This document shows, in pieces, positions 53,621 to 64,000 of a DNA stretch of 64,000 nucleotides. Origin of the DNA: Octopus sinensis (lineage: Eukaryota); contig NC_043003.1 in NCBI RefSeq assembly GCF_006345805.1, positions 49,786,001-49,850,000 of the forward strand. Reading direction: 5' to 3'. The notes below the pieces were generated by a model. It had not been told where the DNA came from and searched no databases. It saw nothing but the letters and a program-made list of their open reading frames with translations. The stretch's first letter is position 1, and each line of letters begins with the position of its first letter. Made by a program: the position numbers and the translations under genes.

Positions 53621-55505
53621 TTCCGATTTAGCTTTGTTTTATGTTGTCATTTTCGGAATATGAAATTACAAGGAATAGGCCTGAGTTTATATAAAAGATT
53701 TTAAAAAGCTTTGTTTTATCGTGTTGGGTGCAGTATGCTACTATTGTTCCTTGTTGAGCCTACGAAAGGGTATTATAATTACCAGGCCTAGGTGTAGGAG
53801 TGACTGTGTGGCAAGTAGCTTGCTTATGAATCACATGGTTCTGGGTTCAGTCCCACTGTGTGGCACTTTGGGTAAGTGTCCTCTACTATAGCCTCAGGCC
53901 GACCAAAGCCTTGTGAGTGGATTTGGTAGGCGGAAAACTGAAAGAAGCCCGGTGCATATATGTATATATATATATGTGTTTGTGTGTCTGTGTTTGTCCC
54001 CCAACATCACTTGACAACCGATGCTGGTGTGTTTACGTCCCTGTAACTTAGCAGTTCATCAAAAGAGACCGATAGAATAAGTACTAGGCTTACAAAGAAT
54101 AAGTCCTGGGGTCGATTTGCTCAGCTAGAGGTGGTGCTCCAGCATGGCTACAGTCAAATGACAGAAACAAGTAAAAGAGTAAAAGAGTAAAGGCCAGTGT
54201 AAGAGTTGGCACTGTGAAGCTTGCAAACTTATTTTAACTGTGAAACTTATACATTGGTCATACCAAGTTTGATCTCAAATTTATATGTTCACGGTCATTT
54301 GTTTTTGTATTATATTACTTGTGTTAGCTTATGGTTTGGTGTGAAGCCTTTTGTATTTAGTTTCATAAGACTTTTGATGGTATGTTCATCAGATTTATAC
54401 CTGGTGTACATTTGATTCATATGTTAAACTTTGTATACAATATACGTATTTTGAAGAGGGATACTGCCTAATGTGTTTGATCAATTGTATTTCTGCCTAT
54501 ATTCATCAATAGCTTGGTTAAGCAGTATGTCTGAATATTCATTGTTGATCAATATTTGCTATATTCTATGAATTCATTTGGAGCAGTGAATTAAATGCTC
54601 TCCTAAGTAGCAGTTTTATCACTGACATTTTTTCGTCATGTGGGCATGCACTATCACCAACTAAGTATATGCATTTGTTTGTAACTTTTATGTAAACTGA
54701 TGCAATGCATCAACTGGCTTTAATCTAAATGTTTATGTATCATAAATTTTATATAGATGCATTAGTACTGTTTTGGCTATTCGATATTATTACTAAGTTG
54801 TTTTCCAGGACCTCTTTTAGCTTCTTCTTATCTTCAGAGTACATTACATTTATGCCTAGACATTATTTTGTTTTCTGTTGCAGCTAGATAGAATGTGGCA
54901 AATGTGGGACCAAGGGAAGAACCCATTGCTATACCATCTTTTTTATTTGGACATCGTACCCAGTAGGCATTTAAACAATTTACAACTAGATTTTTTTTAT
55001 AAGATAGCTTTGCTTGTATCATGGGTGGCTTTGCTTTTGGTCTTTGCATACATTATCAAATATAATGTCTATTGTTTCTGCAAATGGAACGTTAGGGAAA
55101 AGTTTTATATGGGGTTGAAATGATACCTATTTCGTTTGTTGCTTCTAAAGTATCTGGAAATCATTTCAATGACTTGATACTGCGATAGTTTGGTGTTTGA
55201 TTTCTGATACTGTTATCTACTTGTTTGGCAGATTTTAAAGAGAGTGCAATTATTTGAGATATTGTGAAACAGAGGAGGATGTTTTGTCTGCAGTTTTAAA
55301 CACACACATGGCTGTAAAAATAAAAATGCAGACAACACGTCCTCCTATACATACATACATACACACACACACATATATGCATAGATATACACATATATAT
55401 GTATGTATATATACAAATAAATATAAATATATGTGTACATATATACAGACACATGTATATATACATATCTCTATATATGTATATATTTTATATATGTGTA
55501 TGTAA

Positions 55506-55538
<33 letters not shown>

Positions 55539-55764
55539 ATATATATATAATATATATATATACATATATACATATATACATATATACATATATATATATA
55601 TTATATATATATATATATATTATACATATATATATATATATATATACATATATATATACATATATATATATACATATAATATACATATATATATATATAT
55701 ATACATATATATGTATATATATGTATAAATCTATATATATATATATACATATACAGTACACATT

Positions 55765-55809
<45 letters not shown>

Positions 55810-56060
55810 GCTGGTGTGAATTCTTCTTTGATGTGGGGAAAAGTACAAGGATCCTATTTGTGAATTTATCATATTGTAATTATTTTATCTAATTTGATTC
55901 TTAATTGGTTGGTGTTATCTTTTCTGATTTTTCTACATTTTTTTTCCCCATCTTGAAGTAAATTGTTGATTTGTTTCCATTCATGATTTTAAACATATTG
56001 CTTTTGTCACTCTGAGCCAGCCTGGAAATGTTGATAAAAAAATGCATTTGGAAGCTCTAT
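53621..56060 (-). mobile_element. Decayed Penelope-like element (RT plus GIY-YIG), interrupted by SINE A (53791-54188) and a TA microsatellite (about 55330-55810)
   Basis: Motifs occur in the expected order: [32 protein letters not shown]...LFPNVPFAETIDII, KDGIAMGSSLGPTFATFYL, VYIKVTNKCIYL...SACPHDEKMSVIKLLLRRA, YKSDEHTIK, YKF...SYTGL, TLS*AQQGTI. Confidence 0.88.
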
Positions 56061-57239
56061 TATTCCAAAACGAATTTTAAATGTCTGATAAGCAGATCTG
56101 AGAAAACTTTAATAAAAACGATTAAATTACAACATACTCATAGTTTCAATACAATGTGTTTATAAGAAAAGCTGTCTCCATATACACAAGTGTAGGCATG
56201 CATAAATATAAATATACGTATGTATGTATGTATGTAGTATGTATGTATGTATGTATATACATCTCTGGGCTTGTGTGTGCCTGAGTATATATATATATAT
56301 GTATGTATGTGTATATATATATATATATATATACATACACATATATATAAGTATATGCATAGATGTCTGTATATATATATATTACACAAACATAGACACA
56401 CTGACACACACATATTCATAACATATAATATGCTGGAGCAATTACATATCACATTCAATTTATTGCTTGTTCATTGTGTATATATAGGTTATTTGTCATG
56501 TATGTATAGACTATTTGCCTGTCATGTCTATCTTAATTTATATATGCCATCTCTTCATAAAACAATCATACAAAATACATAAATTTATATATATATATAT
56601 ATATATATATAAACATTGTTGCTATGTGAGCAAAAGTTATGCATTTAAAACAAATAAATGGACATTGACTTGTGAAACTGTTGCCTACGTATCGGTCATC
56701 TGACGCTTATAGTTACTGACCATTTTGAATAAATCACTGACTGCATCTCGATAACAATCCGTGTATAGCTGTCATTTTCTAAAACTGAAACACCACTTTG
56801 CATTATAATTTTACATGATTCATATCTTACTCTTAAACCATTGCTATTTATATTTGTTTGCTTTTATTAATGCTATATAGATTCATAGATTCAGTAGGGC
56901 AATGGACAAAATGCTTGGCAATATTTTGTCATGCTGTTTCGCATTCTGAGTTCAAGCCCCGCAAGAATCAATTTTGGTTTTCATTTTTGTAGGTGTCTAT
57001 AAAATGAAATACTAGTCAAGTTCTGGAGTTGATCTAATTGACATATGCAAGGCCTACAAAATGATGGTCTTATTATCATCATCATCATCATTATTATTAA
57101 AGCAGTGTGATGGCAGAATTGTTAGCATGCTGGTCAAAATGCTTAGCAGCATTTCATCTGTCTACATGTTCTGAGTTCAAATTCCACCGAGGTCAATTTT
57201 GTCTTTCATCCTTTTTGGGGCCAATAAAATAAGTACTAC

Positions 57240-57428
57240 AGTTCTATATTTAAGAGAGGAAAAATTATGTACATTATTTATATTATTTACATTACTTACA
57301 TTTGATGGACATTTGTCCTCATCTTGTTTGTTGTTAACACAACGTTTGGGGTGATATACCCTCCAGCCTTCATCAGGTGTTCTGGAGAAATTTCAAACCT
57401 GCGTTCTCATTCCTAAAGTATTTTTCAA

Positions 57429-57463
<35 letters not shown>

Positions 57464-57549
57464 TCACTGCCTGGAATCGAACTCGGAATCTTGGGGTTAG
57501 TAGCCCACGCTCTTAACCCCATGATTCTGAGTTTGATTCCAGGCTGTGA

Positions 57550-57587
<38 letters not shown>

Positions 57588-57690
57588 TCGAAAAATGCCT
57601 GATGAAGGCTGGAAGGTATATCAGCCGAAATGTTGTGTTAGCAACAAACAAGATGAGAGCAAATATCTGTCAAATGTAAATAATATAAAT
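57240..57690. mobile_element. Head-to-head foldback of an element with a tRNA-like head, (AAT)n and a hammerhead
   Basis: Minus copy: ggttaagagcgtgggctactaaccccaagattccgaGTTCGATTCCaggcagtgacctg, (AAT)n, then the hammerhead at 57336-57381. The plus copy is 5'-truncated, with its hammerhead at 57599-57639. Confidence 0.85.
57336..57381 (-). ncRNA. Minimal hammerhead; mirror copy at 57599-57639 (+)
   Basis: Consensus of the two arms: aacac-CTGATGA-a-ggctg gagggtatat cagcc-GAAA-cg-TT-gtgtt. Confidence 0.75.
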
Positions 57691-58339
57691 AATAGAAATA
57701 AGTACAAGTTGTGCTTAAGGGTTGATCTAATCAACTAGTCCTTCCTCCCTCAACAAAATTTCAAGCCTTGTCTCGTTGGCAGAAAGGATTATTTTACAGA
57801 ATTAGTTGTGCTTCAAATTTTCTAATGGTTTTCAGTTACATTTTCTGATGTTCTGAGATCAAATACTTCTGTGGTTAGTTTTGCTATTCATTCTTTTGTT
57901 ATCAATAAGATATGTTTGCAGTCAAGTACTGGGGCTGATTATAATTAATCATGTCCTTCTTTCCAAACTTTTAGCCCTTTACTTAAAAATCAGAATTGTT
58001 ACTCTTTGTTGTTATTCCTTTTCACCACTTCTCGTCACCCTCCTTCAAACCCTTCATTTATCTTCTTCCCCTCCTCTTGCTCCTCTTTCTTCTCAAGCAT
58101 TTGGAAGCCCTCATGGTTTGAGTTTTTGAGTTTTACCAGTGGTGTAGTAAAAGAGGTGATGGTGAAGTTGATGGGGACAATCCTCCCCAGGTGGCACTTT
58201 TATGGATGGGTAGCACTCTTGAATCTGCCATGTAAGCCTGTACATAGTGCACTGTATAGAATTCCTGATTGATTTTTAGTCGTAATTTTTAGTATATAGT
58301 AATGTCACATATTAAGATACATTTCACTTAATATGCCCA

Positions 58340-59740
58340 CTTTTAGCCTTCACAATAGCCTGACGACAGCCAAGATCAGAGTCACATGAATCCCAGACAA
58401 CTTCTCGTCAATGATCCTATGACATGACTAAGGCTTTCTTCAGAGAGGTGATGTTTTTGTAGGAAACTTTTGAAACGTCACTTTCTAGAATGAACCAAAT
58501 AGCAAATATCATAGAGTTGATATCTGGGCTGGAATCTTGTCTCAGATTCCACTGAAATGTCTCCTGCACCACTGCAGTGTCACATTGGAAGTAAGAGAAG
58601 GAGCGCTGTCTTTCATGAACATGTAATTATCTCCAAATGCTTCGGTCACCCATGGCAAAACATAATCCTCCAAAATTTTCATGTAAATTGCAGAATTGAC
58701 CTTTGTCTCCTCTTTAATGAACACCAGAGGAGATTTTCCATCATCGGATGACATTGTCACCCACTCATTCACTCAAGTGGATTTCATTCAATGAAAAACC
58801 TTACAGGCACCTTTGGGAACAGAATCCAGCCTCGTGGTCAAAATCCTATCATCCTGGTTGTTCACCACAGCCTCTACAGTGAATATCTTTCCTTCTAATC
58901 AGCTGAAGACATTGTTACCAGTGCTCTGAGTCTCTTCCACCATTTTCTTGCTTTGGAAGCAGCTGAAATTAGGTGTTGGCATTGCAGTTTTAATGACTTT
59001 CAATTTAAGTCTTTGTGGTTGTCTGTCATATGGTTGTCTGGCAGATATCGAGACTTTTAGGACATTTTTCTCATGCTCCACCGTGGATTTTACAAGACTC
59101 TTTTGGGCAACATTCACCAATTGCATTGTCTTTATGGGTCATTTTTGACTAGGTATGGTCTAGTGGTTAGAGCAGCAGAGTCGCAGTTGAGGGATCGCGA
59201 GTTTGAATCTCAGACTAGGTGATGTGTGTGTTTATGAGCAAAATACCTAATCTCCACACAGCTCAGGCAGAAGGTAATGGCAAACTTCTGCTGACTCTTT
59301 CACCACAACTTTCTCTCACTCTTTCCTCCTGCATCTTTGGAGCTCACCTGCGACGGACCGGTGTCCCATCCAGGTGGGGAACCTATACACCAAGGAAACC
59401 GGGAAACCGACCCTTATGAGCTAGGCATGGCTTGAGAAGAAGGAAGGAAGATATGGGCTTGCTATTGATTGAACTTGTTTCCCTGTAGCCTTTCATGACA
59501 TTATAGATTGTTTTGGGATTGACACCAACCCTTGAAGCCATGTCTTTGGTGCTATATCCTGGTTTTTACAGAGCTACAATCTCACTTTGCCTGTTAGCTG
59601 CTCTACTGAAGCATCTTACTTGCCGAATGTAAACAAATAATGACAAGGAGCACATTTTAATTATTTATGTGCAATTTCAAACTAAATTTAATAAAATTAA
59701 TTAATTTAAATAATCAGGAATTCCTTATGGTGCACCCTAT
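58340..59740 (-). mobile_element. Decayed Tc1-like transposase, split by SINE B (59148-59445)
   Basis: EIVAL*KPGYSTKDMASRVGVNPKTIYNV; IFTVEAVVNNQDDR; GKSPLVF...YMKILEDYVLPW...KDSAPS...WC; SPDINS. Confidence 0.85.
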
Positions 59741-60345
59741 ATAGAGAGCAGGGGCAGTAAATTGAAGACTGCCTCTGGTGATGTACATTTAGCTATGTCA
59801 CTGAGTTCCACTCAACCCATGAGACTCAACTCAACCAGGCAAACTAATTATTTGTTAGTGTGAATTATAGTTAAGACTGTCAGTGATAGGCTTTAAGGAT
59901 CTGCCTCCACTATCTAGCCTCTATTTCAGCTTAAATGAACCCAAGTCTTCTCAGAAGAATTTTCTAATGTTCTACACACCGAAAAACAAAACAAGCAAAA
60001 AAAAATCTAAGTAAACCTCATATAGATTTGATCTCAGAATTAAGAGACAGCCCAAACTGCAGTGTTAAATTTTCTGCCAGCTATTTAACTATCTCTGGCA
60101 CCAAAATTCCTATCAGCAAATGTAAATCTTTAGTAATATTCAAAAAATGAATTAATTTTTTTTTTTAATTTGTTTACATTTTCAAACTAATTACTCTATG
60201 CGCAACCAATTTTAATAAACTAATTATCTTAAAAGCATTAATCTGTAGTGAATTTTATTTGTTGACTGCTATTTTCTTCATCTCTCTCTCTCTCTCTCTC
60301 TCTAACTATCTATATATCTACTTATATTTGCATATGTATGTATGT

Positions 60346-60387
<42 letters not shown>

Positions 60388-61699
60388 GCACACACATATA
60401 CACACACATACACACACACATATATGCTCATACACATATGCATATATACAGATATATTATGCATAGATTGATATATGTGTCTGTGTGTATGTATATGTAC
60501 ATCATCTATGTACACGTGTGTGTTAGTGTGAGTGCACACATGTATACACATACATGCACACACACACCCATATATACACATGCACACATTCATACATACA
60601 TATATATATATATATATTGAGCTGGAAGGACAAATCTTTAATCCATTACCATTATGTGGCATTATATTACATGCAAACTCATGCTGAGTTACACATAACA
60701 ATGTTACATCAAAATCTAACCTAGCTTATTTTGTGTCGCAATGAATTTCACCACGTTCTTTTAAACATTACATTAACTACAACCACGTTACATAACAGCG
60801 AAATATCAGATGTGTTACATAACATCATATATTAAATATTATGTCACTGCAATTGTGTTACACATAAATGTGTTGTATTCACTCATGTGTTGTGTAACAA
60901 ACCTTTGTACAACTGAAATGTACTTTTTCAACATACGATCTTGTTACATGCATATATGTTTCACTGACTTAGTATGTTACTTGTAACTGTGTCATATACA
61001 TTTACAGAAAAATTGTGTCAATTAATTGTGCCATGAGTTACTTACAATCACACCCTCTGTTACTGACATTTTTAATACCTGTACTCTTGTGTCACATAAA
61101 AATTGTTACAAGTGTGTTACATACAACTATATTGCTGTGGGTTATATGTTTGTATTAAAAGCAATTCTTGTAACATCAGCAAATACATTTTGTATTGCAG
61201 ACATGTGCCACATGTTGTGTTACACACAATGATAACTTGTGCAACATTTTATTACAAACAGTTGTAATGTATACATCATGTTACTACTAAGTAACAAAAT
61301 TAGGTTTTGTGTGTCCAATATGACACATGCTGTTTTCTCACACAGAGCATCATACATACACACACACACACACACATATATGCACATTGCACACAATTAT
61401 GTATATATACATAGATGTAATATCATATGACACGCAATCATACATTGTATTGCATTTAGATTCAATGCACCTATGTTGCTTGTAGTGTGTCTTTAGTTTT
61501 ATACATCATGATACCAAGTTTCACAATCACATTGTTAAATAATTCACAGGCATATTACATACAATTTCGTTATACATAATCACATATCTCATTACACATT
61601 TGTATGACTTCCACTTAAGTTATGTGTAATTATATACTGAATTATAAACAACAACTTCAGCCACTTGTAATAAAACCTTGTTATGATTTCAGTTACATA

Positions 61700-62170
61700 C
61701 AAAAAGATCTGTCACAATTTCTGTTACATGCAATAATGTTACATATTACAATTTTCTGTTAAATTTCTGTTACATGCGAATAAAGCATGTTTTACAATTT
61801 CTGTTACATGCAATAAATTCATGTTACAATTTTCTATTACAGGAAATGAAATAATGTATTAAAATTTCTGTTACAAACAATAAAATCATGTTACAAATTT
61901 CTGTTGCATGCAATAAAAGCATGTGTTACAATTCTTGTTACATAGAATAAAATCATGTTACACTATCTGTTACATGCAATTACATCATGTATTACAATTT
62001 TCTGTTACATAGGATAAGGTTATGTTTTATTATTTCTGTTACATATAAAATCAGGTGTTACAATTGTAGTTACATACAAAAAAAGCAAACTATTTTCTGT
62101 TACTTGCAATAAAAGTATATATTACAATTTTTGTTTTGTAAAATTACACATCATGTATTACAAAATTACA
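61700..62170. repeat. AT-rich tandem array with a unit of about 33 bp
   Basis: acaatttctgttacatgcaataaaatcatgtt is reiterated. A looser gttaca-rich zone extends back to about 60650. Confidence 0.8.
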
Positions 62171-62872
62171 TTTTATATTAGATATAATTATATTTCATCT
62201 CATCTTGTTTGAAAATTTGAAAAACTAATGAATCACAAAATAAACCCTTTTCTCCTGTTCTTCGAATCTTAAATGTTTTTATTACTACATGCCTTTTATT
62301 TGTACAATTATTACATGTCTTTTACCACCACCACCACCACCACCACCACCACACCCTAGAGTGCAGTGCTACTACAAACTGGTGAACAAGCAAAATGCAT
62401 ACATTGAACATGTGCAATTGGGATTGTTTACACTGCTATCACTAATTCTAATTCATAACTGAATATATATATATATATATATAATACAAAATGGGACAAG
62501 AACGCAAAACATCCGGACAGCTAGGTGATACAAAAAGGGACAACAAAACATCCAGATAGACAATACAAAGAAAATGAGGACGGGTCATTCGAAGTTTTCT
62601 TTCCTCAGTCAAGCACCAGATTATCCTCACAAATTCAGCTGATTATTCTTGAGATTGCTTCAATCTGGCCAGCCCCAAGGAAAAACTAAGCTAACAGCAT
62701 TAGATTCCTTGGAAGAAAGCAGCAAATGTATACAAAAACAAGGACGGAAATAATGGACAATGTTACACAAATATAAATACAATAAAAAAAATATAATAAA
62801 AATAATAGCAGGACATAACAAGAGTTGCCTTTCGACTTATGACGAATTAAGTTAAGCTGGCACATATAGAAA

Positions 62873-62918
<46 letters not shown>

Positions 62919-63637
62919 ATAATAATAGTATTATAATAATATGAGGGAATATTATTCCAAACTTACAGGGAAAAATTCAATTTAGAAATACTAAATCAAA
63001 TTTTACAAAATATAATATATATATATATATATATATATAAATTATATATATATATATGAGTGCAAGCATGGCAAGATATGTGTAAGGCTAACCATAAACA
63101 TGACTATGTGGTTAAGAAGTTTGCTTCACAACCACATGGTTTCCCAATGCATGGTAACTTGGGCATGTGCTTTCTACTGTAGCTTGGGCCTTGTGAGAGA
63201 TTTTTGATTAACAGAAACTGGAAGAAGTCTTTTATTTGTGTATGTGTGTGTGTGTGTGTGTGCATGTATGTGTGTGTGCATGTATGTATCCATGTGTGTG
63301 TGCGTGTGTGTGTGTGTGTTTGTGTGTTTGCATGTCCTTGTCAGGATATTACTCACTAAATATAAATAAACCTCATTGTCATAAAGCAGTTCCATTCTTT
63401 TCCAATCTTCCATGAAAATATATATCCAGCTGTTGTGTTGTTTATGTTCAAAGCAGTAGAGACAATATTACTTTGTTTGGAAACAGGTATCAGAAACAGA
63501 AAAAGCATCTGGCCATAGAAAATTTGACCCGCGTAAATATGGGTTAATGTGCAGTAATTTGTATAGTATAAGTAAATAAATAAATAAATAAATAAATGGA
63601 GTTGAACACTGATGTTATTCAACTCCATTTATTTACT

Positions 63638-63669
<32 letters not shown>

Positions 63670-63767
63670 TAATCCAAACAAGAAAGCACAAAAAAAATCA
63701 CAACAACGCGAGGACGTGGAACAAATATAGTATTATTGGACGCTCAGGAAAGAAGGAAAGAAGGAGG

Positions 63768-63802
63768 GTTTAACGTTTCGAGCGGAGTTCTTCGTCGGAA
63801 AC
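63768..63802 (-). ncRNA. Minimal hammerhead-like motif (U4 to C)
   Basis: gttt-CCGACGA-a-gaac tcc gctc-GAAA-cg-TT-aaac, inside a repeat of about 200 bp flanked by (TA)n. Confidence 0.55.
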
Positions 63803-63853
63803 ATAGGAGAAGGAAAGATCCAGAGAAGGGAAGACAGAGGAAAAAAAATCGCC

Positions 63854-63895
<42 letters not shown>

Positions 63896-64000
63896 TATAT
63901 ATACATCTATATACATACCTTATATTAAGAGCTATTACTACACATAAATGCCTCATGCTGTAATGGGACTCTGAAGTCAAACTATCTTTAATAGATTAAT

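Noticed and set aside
62575-62615. CUGAGGA-hairpin-GAAU...GUC in the 10210/62480 family
   Set aside because: A15.1 is missing, stems I and III are inconsistent, and the second copy lacks the core.

Overview
AT-rich, microsatellite-saturated animal genomic DNA. The SINE and LINE families and the C2H2-tailed RTE remnants point to a coleoid cephalopod, probably Octopus (inference). One host coding exon is recognisable: an SLC35F6-like membrane-transporter exon at 13286-13597 (+). The rest is nested repeats: about four families of tRNA-headed SINEs (labelled A-D here as working names), RTE, R4/Dong and other LINE remnants, hAT, mariner and Tc1 transposase fossils, MITEs, a Helentron-type element, and a decayed Penelope-like element (RT plus GIY-YIG, about 53620-56060, minus strand). 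The main signal is a dense set of type I hammerhead-ribozyme motifs, found by eye at about 17 positions and ranging from fully canonical (11257-11315) to core-variant or decayed. They sit in short non-coding elements, many with the inverted-arm (foldback) architecture typical of Penelope-like insertions. One element joins a tRNA-like head to a hammerhead. All RNA folds were derived by hand and none has been tested computationally or experimentally. Coordinates of decayed repeats are approximate.
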